Below, piece after piece: positions 49,952 to 59,136 of a DNA stretch of 64,000 bases. Position 1 is the stretch's first letter. The number at the start of each line of letters is the position of its first letter. The notes under the pieces were generated by a model that saw nothing but the letters and a program-made list of their open reading frames with translations, ran no database searches and was not told the origin of the DNA. The DNA comes from Croceitalea sp. Its GTDB lineage: Bacteria; Bacteroidota; Bacteroidia; Flavobacteriales; Flavobacteriaceae. Where the stretch lies: assembly GCA_013001145.1 (NCBI GenBank), contig JABDND010000057.1, forward strand, positions 4,174-68,173. Direction: 5' to 3'. Position numbers and translations under genes: made by a program.

Positions 49952-51226
49952 TCATTTCGTTGGATTATTGACCGTATTTGAAATGACAAAAACCACCAAA
50001 GAAGGCAGCACCCAACCCAATTGAAACTGGCTTAGTGGAATCCATGTAGACATATCTCCCAAGGCGTCTCCCCAACCTGCACTTCCCATAAAATCAGGAA
50101 TACTAAAAAGGATGGTTGTCAATACCACCCAACGAAACACCCTTGGCGTCGCAAATTTATCTGGCAATACATTAAGTAGGATCAAGACAATGGTGATAGG
50201 ATAAATAAACATTAGTGCTGGTAGCGCCACTGCGATGATATAGCCCACATTAAATTGCCCCATGACAATCCCTAGCAAGCAACCTAAAATTGCGGTAACC
50301 AAATAGGCGGTCTGGGAATTTTTGAATTGGCTTTTTACAAAATCTGCCGTGCCGGTCACAATACCCACTGCCGTTGTAAAACAAGCCAAACTTACTAAAA
50401 TGGCCAACAACAGATTGGCTGTACTTCCTAAGGTGACAAGACTAATGCCGCTCAAGAGGGCCGTTCTTGAACTATCGGCATCAAATTCGTTATGCACCAA
50501 AGCACCAGTAATAATCAATCCAGCATAAATTAAAAACAGGCCAAGACCCGCGAACCAGCCTGCCTTTGCGATCAGTTGTTTTTTTAATGTGTAGGTTGCT
50601 TCTTTTTCCTTTAAATTGATGGATATGATGATCACTCCGCCCACTACAATCGCCCCTATGGCGTCAAAGGTTTGGTAACCCTCTAAAATACCATGGGTAA
50701 AGGGGCTCTCAAAAGTGGTGGTGCCGAAATTAAAATCGAAATCGAAGAATGCCACTCCTATGATTCCCAATAAAATAAGGATGATTGCTGGCGTGAGCAA
50801 TTTTCCAATGATGTCCAAAATTTTGGAACGGTTCATCACAAAAAGAAATACCAAAATAAAATAGACAATGCTAGTGGTCAAAGCAGACGAATCAAACAAT
50901 GGGGCTATACCCATTTCGTGTGTCACTGAAGCTGTTCTGGGCGATGGCAGGCTTATGGAAATAGCATAAACCAAAAAACAGTAAACCAAGCTAAACTTTG
51001 GCGACACTTTTTTTGCAAAATCAAAAATAGTACCCTGCAATTTGGCGTGCGCCAAGATGCCCAAAATCGGAATTATTACAGCCGATAAGCAAAATCCGAA
51101 GGTTACCCAGAACCAGGCATCACCCGCTTTAAAACCCAGTTGGGGCGGCAAAATAAGGTTGCCGGCACCAAAAAAAAGGGAGAAAAGGGCAAAAGAGACC
51201 AAAAGAACCGTTTTTTTGCTATTCAT
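49952..51226 (-). CDS. brnQ: Branched-chain amino acid:cation symporter
   Basis: FSLFFGAGNLILPP, EGYQTFDAIGA, LACFTTAVG. Confidence 0.93.
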   Translation of the reverse strand: MNSKKTVLLVSFALFSLFFGAGNLILPPQLGFKAGDAWFWVTFGFCLSAVIIPILGILAHAKLQGTIFDFAKKVSPKFSLVYCFLVYAISISLPSPRTASVTHEMGIAPLFDSSALTTSIVYFILVFLFVMNRSKILDIIGKLLTPAIILILLGIIGVAFFDFDFNFGTTTFESPFTHGILEGYQTFDAIGAIVVGGVIIISINLKEKEATYTLKKQLIAKAGWFAGLGLFLIYAGLIITGALVHNEFDADSSRTALLSGISLVTLGSTANLLLAILVSLACFTTAVGIVTGTADFVKSQFKNSQTAYLVTAILGCLLGIVMGQFNVGYIIAVALPALMFIYPITIVLILLNVLPDKFATPRVFRWVVLTTILFSIPDFMGSAGWGDALGDMSTWIPLSQFQLGWVLPSLVVFVISNTVNNPTK

Positions 51227-51479
51227 TGCCTTAAATATTTTTGGAAATATAGGTCAATTTTGTATATTGAATCCTTGGTTTTTATATACTTAATGAAGAA
51301 TGTACACCGTTCATCGAAAAAACATAAAAAACCGTTGGGCTATAAAAATAAAAGAGCTGTAAGAATCGTTCGTCATTAGATAGACCAAAACTATTTTTTT
51401 AAACATTTAAAACTAAACTGACTACGGCATTTATCGGTCCCCAAATCGAAACTATGCAACAACCACAAAGACTAGGCTT

Positions 51480-51749
51480 ATGAAAAAAACCCTAACCCCC
51501 GACGGCAATAAACTCACCGGAATTTTTTGCAATTTTTTTGGTCATCACTTTGTGGTGTCTAAAAAAGTAACCCAACACATCAAAGAATACCGCTGTTTAC
51601 ATTGCCAAAAACAAGTGTCTACCGATGAGCGAGGCAAGCTCTCTGCCTTAACCCCCCAAATGCAAGAAATCAACAATACGCTTGAAGATATGTACCAAAA
51701 ACGCAATCGAAAAAGTGTTAAGAAAACAGGCCGCAAGCATGTAGCCTAA
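51480..51749 (+). CDS. Small basic Cys/His protein (C-x3-GH ... CxxC, DUF1660-like)
   Basis: FCNFFGHHF..YRCLHC; 89 aa. Confidence 0.65.
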   Translation: MKKTLTPDGNKLTGIFCNFFGHHFVVSKKVTQHIKEYRCLHCQKQVSTDERGKLSALTPQMQEINNTLEDMYQKRNRKSVKKTGRKHVA

Positions 51750-51758
51750 ATTGTCGTT

Positions 51759-52799
51759 TTAAAAAGAATTCCAACCTTGGGCTTTTAAAGGTATTTTGGT
51801 TCCATCCCTGGCAATCAAATGGGCGCCCATATTTTTTTCAGTCATGTGACCCAAAACCGTAAGATTGGGATTGCCCTTGATTTTAGGAAATTCCTTTTGG
51901 TCAATGGTGAACAATAATTCATAATCTTCCCCTCCACTAAGGGCAATCATAGTGCTGTCCATTTTAAACTCTTCGGTGGTTGATATAACCGTTGGGTCCA
52001 ACGGAATTTTATCCTCATAAAGATGACAGCCCACATTGCTCTGTTCACACAAATGCAAGATTTCAGATGAAAGACCATCACTAATGTCAATCATTGCAGT
52101 TGGGTGAACCTCCAATTTTTTCAATAACTCTACAATGTCTTTGCGAGCTTCAGGTTTTAATTGACGCTCCACAATGTAGCTGTACGGTTCTAAATCGGGT
52201 TGGTTTTGTGGGTTTACTTTGAAGACCTCTTTCTCCCGCTCCAATACTTGAAGCCCCATATAGGCCCCTCCCAAATCACCGGTAACCACCAACAAATCAT
52301 TTTCTTTGGCACCGGAACGGTAGACCAAGTCATTCTCATTGGCCTCACCAATTGCGGTAATACTAATGAGCATGCCCTTGGTGGACGAAGTGGTATCGCC
52401 ACCTACTAAATCAACGCCGTAGAGTTCACAAGCCGCCGCAACCCCGGCGTAAAAATCCTCGAGGGCTTCCAAAGGAAATCTATTGGAAACCGCTAATGAA
52501 ACAGTCACTTGAGTGGCCATGGCATTCATGGCATAAATATCGGACAGGTTCACGACAACTGATTTGTACCCTAAATGCTTTAAGGGCATATAACTTAAAT
52601 CAAAGTGCACCCCCTCAATCAATAGGTCGGTTGAAATCACCGCTTTCTTTCCATTAAAGTCCAATACGGCAGCATCGTCGCCAATACCCTTAATGGATGA
52701 TTTTTGTTTAAGACCAAAGTTCTTGGTCAAATGTTTGATGAGCCCAATTTCACCCAATTTTTCCAGTGCTGTCCTTGCTTGATTTTTATCTTCCAACAT
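51759..52799 (-). CDS. thiL: Thiamine-phosphate kinase
   Basis: GIGDDAA, NLSDIYAM, GGDT, IDISDGL, GGEDYELLFT. Confidence 0.96.
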   Translation of the reverse strand: MLEDKNQARTALEKLGEIGLIKHLTKNFGLKQKSSIKGIGDDAAVLDFNGKKAVISTDLLIEGVHFDLSYMPLKHLGYKSVVVNLSDIYAMNAMATQVTVSLAVSNRFPLEALEDFYAGVAAACELYGVDLVGGDTTSSTKGMLISITAIGEANENDLVYRSGAKENDLLVVTGDLGGAYMGLQVLEREKEVFKVNPQNQPDLEPYSYIVERQLKPEARKDIVELLKKLEVHPTAMIDISDGLSSEILHLCEQSNVGCHLYEDKIPLDPTVISTTEEFKMDSTMIALSGGEDYELLFTIDQKEFPKIKGNPNLTVLGHMTEKNMGAHLIARDGTKIPLKAQGWNSF

Positions 52800-52859
52800 G
52801 GCGCAAAAATAAGCCCAATTATTTTAAATTGTATCTTTACATGTCACCAATGCAGCGCT

Positions 52860-54125
52860 ATGAAAAAAATGTTTGTGTCCCTCATTTGTTGTGTCTTAAT
52901 GGGCCTTATTTCTTGTAGTTCAGATAATAACCCTATCACAGGTCCAATTACAATAACAGATGATGACCCCGTAATTATTACGGATGATGAAGTACCCACT
53001 TCAAACTTTGTTCCTTGTGAGAATGGCATGGTCAATGATTATCCATGCAACGGGTTTGATTTGGTCGGACAAATAACTTTGCCTCAATTTTCGGCATCTT
53101 CGGCCAATGATATTTGGGGATGGACAGATACTGTCTCAGGCAATGAATACGCCTTGATAGGCCTTAATAATGGCACTGCCTTTGTCGACATTACCGATGG
53201 TGAGAACTTGGTCTACTTGGGCAAATTGCCCACGGCGACAGGCTCCAGTACCTGGCGAGACATCAAGATTTACCAAGATTTCGCTTTCATTGTTTCAGAA
53301 GCTTCGGGGCATGGAATGCAAGTTTTTGATTTATCAAAATTGAGAAACGTTAGTAACCCACCTCAAGAGTTTTCCGCGGACACAAGGTATACTGGTATTG
53401 GTAACGCCCATAATGTGGTCATCAATGAAAATTCTGGTTTTGCTTACCCCGTGGGAACTGCAAGGGTTGACGCCTTTGGAGGTGGAGTTCATTTTATAGA
53501 TATACAAGATCCGCTCAATCCCCTCGGCGTCGGAGGTTATGGTGCGAACGGCTATACTCACGATGCTCAGGTCATAACTTATTCCGGGCCTGATACTGAC
53601 TATTCAGGCAAAGAAATATTCATCGGGTCAAATGAAGATCAAATTGCCATTGTTGATATTACCGATAAGGGAAATCCAGTGGAGATTGCCGCTTTGAATT
53701 ATAGTAATTTGGGCTATACCCACCAAGGTTGGTTTACGGAAGACCAGCGCTATTTTTTATTGGGTGATGAACTCGACGAAATTCAATTTGGTTTTGATTC
53801 GCGAACATTGGTCTTCGATTTACAAGATCTTGACAGTCCTGTTCTACATACCAGTTATTCTGGGCCTACGGCAGCCATTGACCATAATGGGTATGTTTTG
53901 GGTGATGAATTTTATTTGGCCAACTATACGGCTGGGGTGCGGCTACTAGACATCTCTGACATTGAAAACAGAAACATTTCTGAAATTGCTTTTTTTGACA
54001 CTTATCCTACTGATGACAACGCTTCTTTCAACGGGGTCTGGAGTGTTTATCCCTACTTTTCCAGCGGTAAAATATTGGTCAGCGACATCAATTCGGGCCT
54101 AATAGTGATTCAAAAATCAAATTAA
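52860..54125 (+). CDS. Choice-of-anchor B family (LVIVD-like propeller) lipoprotein
   Basis: Lipobox LISC, DIWGWTD, WRDIK, YTHDAQ, YTHQGW, DHN, GVWSVYPY. Confidence 0.85.
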   Translation: MKKMFVSLICCVLMGLISCSSDNNPITGPITITDDDPVIITDDEVPTSNFVPCENGMVNDYPCNGFDLVGQITLPQFSASSANDIWGWTDTVSGNEYALIGLNNGTAFVDITDGENLVYLGKLPTATGSSTWRDIKIYQDFAFIVSEASGHGMQVFDLSKLRNVSNPPQEFSADTRYTGIGNAHNVVINENSGFAYPVGTARVDAFGGGVHFIDIQDPLNPLGVGGYGANGYTHDAQVITYSGPDTDYSGKEIFIGSNEDQIAIVDITDKGNPVEIAALNYSNLGYTHQGWFTEDQRYFLLGDELDEIQFGFDSRTLVFDLQDLDSPVLHTSYSGPTAAIDHNGYVLGDEFYLANYTAGVRLLDISDIENRNISEIAFFDTYPTDDNASFNGVWSVYPYFSSGKILVSDINSGLIVIQKSN

Positions 54126-54145
54126 ATTTATTATCTCAAAGCGCT

Positions 54146-55495
54146 ATGAGGTCACCTTTCTTTTTAAGCCTTTTATTGCTCATGTCATGCTCCCAAAATG
54201 ATGATGTGAACCCCTTGGATTCCGAACAAGACGATAATCCTAATGCGTTTAAAGAATTGGTTTGGTTCAAGACCATAGGAGGCTCCGGGGAAGATACAGC
54301 GCAGGCCATCATACAAACTTCAGATGGCGGCCTTGCGATTTTGGGCCACACCAATAGTATCGACGGCGACATTGTTGATAAATCGTTGGAGGTCAATGAT
54401 TATTGGTTGATTAAGATGAATGTTGATGGCAATCTACAATGGAACAAGACCTATGGAGGCAGTAAAGATGATCGCGGCCAACAGCTTATAGAAACTGATG
54501 ACGGTGGCTTTGCGATTGTAGGGTATTCTATGAGTGACGATAGGGACGCCAGCAATAATGAGGGCTTTCATGATAATTGGATTCTTAGACTCGATGCTTC
54601 GGGCACTATCTTATGGGAGCGAAGCTTTGGTTTTTCTGGCCATGACCATTCTTATGATGTGCTGCAAACAAGTGATGGGGGCTTCTTTTTTTCCGGTTTT
54701 CTAGATGTGACCCAATCACAGGGCGAAGGCAACTTTGGTAAAGGTGAATACTTGACCCGCCATGGTGTGGGTGAATTTTGGGGCACTAAATTGGACGCGG
54801 ACGGCAATCTACAATGGCGCAGATATTTTGGGGGCACCAATAATGATCGTGCACACGGAGTGGTGCAAGCCAATGATGGCGGCTTCGTAATGGCGGGATT
54901 CTCAGAAAGTGATGATTTTGATATTTCAAACTCCAAGGGCAGTTATGACTTTTGGGTAGTCAAGATAGATAAGAACGGGAATATGATTTGGGAAAAATCG
55001 TTTGGTGGCTCAGGCATTGAAATCGCTTATGATATAACTAAAAATGGCGAAGGCGGCTACAGTATTGTGGGCAATACCTTTAGTACCGATACCGATGTAA
55101 GCAAAAACAACGGTGAGTCGGATGTTTGGTTGATCAACATTGATGATAATGGCAATCTACTTTGGGAAAAGACCTATGGTGGCAGCGCGTTTGATGCTGC
55201 ACAAGGGATAAGCCTTGCCGCAAATGGAGGCTTTGTAATGGCAGGCAATACCAAGAGTATGGACGGAGATGTTCAAGAAAATTTGGGCGAAAATGATATT
55301 TGGCTCATAACAACCAAACGCAATGGAGAGTTGCTTTATCAAAAAACATTTGGTGGTCTGGGCTTGGATTATGGCTTTGATGCCATACAGACCAATGACG
55401 GAAGTCTTGTCATTGTCGGTGAAACAGCGAGCACCAACATCTTTAACACTCAAATTAAGGGGCCTAAAGATGCACTGGTCATCAAGGTGCGGTAA
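54146..55495 (+). CDS. Lipoprotein with seven W-x-K-T/S-Y/F-GGS repeats (predicted beta-propeller)
   Basis: Lipobox LMSC; repeats of about 60 aa such as WFKTIGGS, WNKTYGGS, WEKSFGGS, WEKTYGGS. Confidence 0.8.
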   Translation: MRSPFFLSLLLLMSCSQNDDVNPLDSEQDDNPNAFKELVWFKTIGGSGEDTAQAIIQTSDGGLAILGHTNSIDGDIVDKSLEVNDYWLIKMNVDGNLQWNKTYGGSKDDRGQQLIETDDGGFAIVGYSMSDDRDASNNEGFHDNWILRLDASGTILWERSFGFSGHDHSYDVLQTSDGGFFFSGFLDVTQSQGEGNFGKGEYLTRHGVGEFWGTKLDADGNLQWRRYFGGTNNDRAHGVVQANDGGFVMAGFSESDDFDISNSKGSYDFWVVKIDKNGNMIWEKSFGGSGIEIAYDITKNGEGGYSIVGNTFSTDTDVSKNNGESDVWLINIDDNGNLLWEKTYGGSAFDAAQGISLAANGGFVMAGNTKSMDGDVQENLGENDIWLITTKRNGELLYQKTFGGLGLDYGFDAIQTNDGSLVIVGETASTNIFNTQIKGPKDALVIKVR

Positions 55496-55612
55496 ATTGC
55501 CATAACTTTTCGGCCTACGTCAAGTATTACAGGGGATACTACCATAGATAGACCCTATAGATCAATACGTTATTATAATGTTAGGAAACAAGGTAAAAAC
55601 CTACTTATATCC

Positions 55613-55647
55613 TATATTTGTAAGCTATTTAGAATTAATCCAATTTA
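55613..55647 (+). promoter_or_regulatory. suf promoter -7 element plus a candidate iron-responsive operator
   Basis: TATATTTG at 55613-55620 followed by the imperfect palindrome TATTTAGAATTAATCCAATTTA. Confidence 0.5.
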
Positions 55648-55649
55648 GA

Positions 55650-55979
55650 ATGATAAAAGTATCTGAAATCGCCAAACAAAAAGTGGTCTCATTGATGACC
55701 GAAGGCGGATATGATTCATCCACCGATTATGTTCGGGTTGGGGTTAAAAGTGGGGGCTGCAGTGGCTTGTCATACGAACTTGATTTTGATAAAAAAATCG
55801 AAGAAACAGACAAAGTTTTTGAAGACAACTCCATTCGTATAGTGGTCGATAAAAAAAGCTTCCTATACTTGGTTGGCACTACGCTGGAATATTCAGGGGG
55901 ATTGAATGGCAAAGGATTTGTATTTAATAACCCTAATGCCCAACGTACCTGTGGTTGTGGCGAAAGTTTTTCACTCTAA
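55650..55979 (+). CDS. sufA: HesB/IscA/SufA A-type Fe-S carrier
   Basis: GGCSGLSY, CGCGESF; start MIKVSE at 55650. Confidence 0.92.
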   Translation: MIKVSEIAKQKVVSLMTEGGYDSSTDYVRVGVKSGGCSGLSYELDFDKKIEETDKVFEDNSIRIVVDKKSFLYLVGTTLEYSGGLNGKGFVFNNPNAQRTCGCGESFSL

Positions 55980-56020
55980 ATTGTTTGATTGCAAATTATC
56001 AATAGTCTTATTGAAAAATT

Positions 56021-57466
56021 ATGGCATATACTGAAGAAGAATTAAAAAAAGAACTGGAAACCAAAGAATACGAATATGGTTTCTATACCGATATAAAATC
56101 TGACACCTTCCCAAAAGGCTTGAGTGAAGACATTGTGATTGCCATATCACAAAAAAAGCAAGAGCCCGAGTGGATGACGCAATGGCGTCTTGACTCTTAC
56201 CGTCATTGGAAAGAGATGTTAGAACCCGAGTGGGCCAACATCAAATATAAAAAACCTGATTTTCAAGCGATTTCATACTATTCAGCACCCAATAGCAAGC
56301 CTAAGTATGACAGTCTTGATGAGGTGGACCCGGAATTGTTGGAGACCTTCAAAAAACTTGGTATTTCACTCGACGAGCAGAAAAAATTGGCCGGGGTGGC
56401 CGTTGATATCGTGATGGACTCTGTCTCCGTAGCCACCACATTTAAAAAGACTTTGGCAGAAAAGGGCATTATATTTTGCTCTATTTCTGAAGCCATAAAA
56501 GAACATCCTGAACTGGTTAAAAAATACATAGGTTCCGTTGTGCCCCAACGAGACAATTTTTACGCAGCTTTAAATTCGGCGGTATTCTCTGATGGCAGTT
56601 TCTGCTATATACCCAAAGGCGTTCGCTGCCCCATGGAGCTGTCCACCTATTTTCGAATTAACCAAGCCGGTACCGGACAATTTGAACGTACCTTGGTCAT
56701 TGCCGATGAAGGCAGTTACGTGAGTTACTTAGAGGGCTGTACCGCGCCATCACGAGATGAGAACCAGTTGCATGCAGCTGTTGTAGAGCTAATCGCATTG
56801 GACAATGCCGAAATCAAATATTCCACCGTTCAAAATTGGTACCCCGGCGATAAGGAAGGCAAAGGCGGAGTTTACAATTTTGTAACCAAAAGGGGCATCT
56901 GCGAGAAGAATGCAAAAATATCTTGGACACAGGTAGAAACTGGTTCGGCGATAACTTGGAAATACCCATCATGCATATTGAAGGGCGATAATTCTATTGG
57001 TGAATTCTATTCCATTGCCGTCACCAATAACCACCAACAGGCCGATACGGGCACAAAAATGGTTCATTTGGGCAAAAACACGAAAAGCACGATTATTTCA
57101 AAAGGAATATCTGCTGGGCACTCCCAAAACAGTTACCGCGGCCTAGTGCAGGTCAATAGTAGGGCCGAGAATGCCCGTAACTTTTCGCAGTGCGATTCGC
57201 TTTTAATGGGCAATCAATGCGGCGCTCATACTTTTCCATATATAGAGGCCAAAAACAAAACCGCCCAAATTGAACATGAGGCCACCACCAGTAAAATTGG
57301 GGAAGACCAAATCTTTTATTGCAATCAACGGGGAATAGACACTGAAAAGGCCATCGCACTGATTGTAAATGGTTTCAGCAAAGAGGTTTTGAACAAGTTG
57401 CCTATGGAATTTGCCGTTGAAGCTCAAAAATTATTGGAAATAAGCCTAGAGGGCTCAGTTGGATAA
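56021..57466 (+). CDS. sufB: Fe-S cluster assembly protein SufB
   Basis: [40 protein letters not shown]. Confidence 0.98.
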   Translation: MAYTEEELKKELETKEYEYGFYTDIKSDTFPKGLSEDIVIAISQKKQEPEWMTQWRLDSYRHWKEMLEPEWANIKYKKPDFQAISYYSAPNSKPKYDSLDEVDPELLETFKKLGISLDEQKKLAGVAVDIVMDSVSVATTFKKTLAEKGIIFCSISEAIKEHPELVKKYIGSVVPQRDNFYAALNSAVFSDGSFCYIPKGVRCPMELSTYFRINQAGTGQFERTLVIADEGSYVSYLEGCTAPSRDENQLHAAVVELIALDNAEIKYSTVQNWYPGDKEGKGGVYNFVTKRGICEKNAKISWTQVETGSAITWKYPSCILKGDNSIGEFYSIAVTNNHQQADTGTKMVHLGKNTKSTIISKGISAGHSQNSYRGLVQVNSRAENARNFSQCDSLLMGNQCGAHTFPYIEAKNKTAQIEHEATTSKIGEDQIFYCNQRGIDTEKAIALIVNGFSKEVLNKLPMEFAVEAQKLLEISLEGSVG

Positions 57467-57479
57467 AATTAATCGTCAG

Positions 57480-58355
57480 ATGAAAAAAATATTATTTATA
57501 AGTTTCATTTTAATGCTTGCCAGCTGCAAGCAAGCTTCGAAAGAGGTGGCACAATCAGCTAATAGTGAGTCTCAACTAAAAGCAGAACCCCTGCGATTGT
57601 ACACCTTTGATGGCGGTACTGTTCAAGTGAATCAATTGGAACTGTTTTCTCAAGATACCACCTATGAAGGGGAAACCAAGCAATTTGCCGATGCCTTTTA
57701 TGTGATTGTGCACCCAAAAGGCACCTTGATGTGGGATGCCGGTTTACCAGAGAGTTTAGTGGGCATGCCCGAGCCTTATACAGACCCAAGTGGCGCTTTT
57801 ACGGTATCAAGAAAGGACTCTGTGGTCAATCAACTGGCATCCATTGGAATGAAGCCATCAGATATTGACTTTTTGGCACTATCACACACCCATTTTGATC
57901 ATAGTGGACATGCCAGTACTTTTAAAGAGGCTACCTGGTTGGTTCAAGAAAAAGAATATGAATGGGTAACAAGTGAAGAAATGCAAAATAGCAATGCCGA
58001 TGTATATAATGCAATCAAAGATTTAACAAACATCAAAAAATTAAATGGCGACTACGATGTCTTTGGAGACGGTTCTGTGGTCATGAAGTTTATGCCGGGT
58101 CATACGCCAGGTCACCAAGTCTTGTTCTTGAATCTTGCAGAGCATGGACCATTATTGTTATCAGGAGATTTATATCATTTTTATGAGAATAGGGAATATA
58201 AACGAATCCCAATTTTTAATTACGACGTAAAAGAAACCATGAAGAGCATGGAGGCATTTGAAATTTTTGCGGTAGAAAAAGGAGCTCAGGTGTACTTGCA
58301 GCATCAACCGGATGATTTTGAAAAAATGCCCAAGGCACCCAAGTATTTAAAATAA
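57480..58355 (+). CDS. momL: N-acyl homoserine lactonase, metallo-beta-lactamase fold (MomL/AiiA-like) lipoprotein
   Basis: HTHFDH (HxHxDH), GHTPGHQ, SGDLYH; lipobox LASC; ELFSQDTTY..ADAFYVIVHPKGTLMWDAGLPE matches my recollection of Muricauda MomL. Confidence 0.8.
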   Translation: MKKILFISFILMLASCKQASKEVAQSANSESQLKAEPLRLYTFDGGTVQVNQLELFSQDTTYEGETKQFADAFYVIVHPKGTLMWDAGLPESLVGMPEPYTDPSGAFTVSRKDSVVNQLASIGMKPSDIDFLALSHTHFDHSGHASTFKEATWLVQEKEYEWVTSEEMQNSNADVYNAIKDLTNIKKLNGDYDVFGDGSVVMKFMPGHTPGHQVLFLNLAEHGPLLLSGDLYHFYENREYKRIPIFNYDVKETMKSMEAFEIFAVEKGAQVYLQHQPDDFEKMPKAPKYLK

Positions 58356-58372
58356 AATTGAAAGTATAAGCA

Positions 58373-59125
58373 ATGTTAGAGATTAAGAATTTACACGCAA
58401 GTGTTGAAGATAAAGAAATACTAAAAGGCATCAACCTTAAGGTCAATGCAGGCGAGGTACATGCCATTATGGGACCCAATGGTTCGGGTAAAAGTACTTT
58501 GGCGGCAGTAATCGCAGGAAAAGAAGAATTTGAAGTTGATAAGGGTACTATTGCCCTAGATGGAGAAGACTTGGAAGAACTGGCGCCTGAAGAAAGAGCC
58601 CATAAGGGAATATTTCTTTCCTTTCAATATCCGGTTGAAATACCGGGGGTTTCGGTGACCAATTTTATGAAAACGGCCATCAATGAATCCAGAAAGGCCA
58701 AAGGATTGGAAGACATGCCTGCGAATCAAATGTTGAAGTTGATTCGAGAAAAAGCCGAGATGCTCGAAATTGACCGCAAGTTTTTGTCACGTTCGCTCAA
58801 CGAAGGTTTTTCTGGAGGCGAGAAAAAAAGAAATGAAATATTTCAGTTGGCCATGTTGGAACCCAAATTGGCCATTTTGGATGAAACCGACTCGGGCTTG
58901 GATATTGACGCCCTGCGCATAGTGGCCAACGGTGTCAATAAATTGAAAGGCAAAGACAATGCAATCATAGTCATAACGCACTACCAGCGGTTGTTGGAAT
59001 ACATAGTGCCCGATTTTGTGCACGTCTTGCATGATGGTAAAATTGTCAAATCAGGAGGTAAAGAGTTGGCACTTGAACTCGAAGACAAAGGGTACGACTG
59101 GATCAAACAAGAAGCAACCGTATAA
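58373..59125 (+). CDS. sufC: Fe-S cluster assembly ATPase SufC
   Basis: GPNGSGKST, FSGGEKKRNE, LDETDSGLDIDAL. Confidence 0.98.
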   Translation: MLEIKNLHASVEDKEILKGINLKVNAGEVHAIMGPNGSGKSTLAAVIAGKEEFEVDKGTIALDGEDLEELAPEERAHKGIFLSFQYPVEIPGVSVTNFMKTAINESRKAKGLEDMPANQMLKLIREKAEMLEIDRKFLSRSLNEGFSGGEKKRNEIFQLAMLEPKLAILDETDSGLDIDALRIVANGVNKLKGKDNAIIVITHYQRLLEYIVPDFVHVLHDGKIVKSGGKELALELEDKGYDWIKQEATV

Positions 59126-59136
59126 TATTGATTGCT

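Noticed and set aside
54146-55495. Periodic sequence similarity suggesting a repeat array or CRISPR
   Set aside because: These are protein-level propeller repeats with divergent DNA, no identical repeats or spacers and no cas genes
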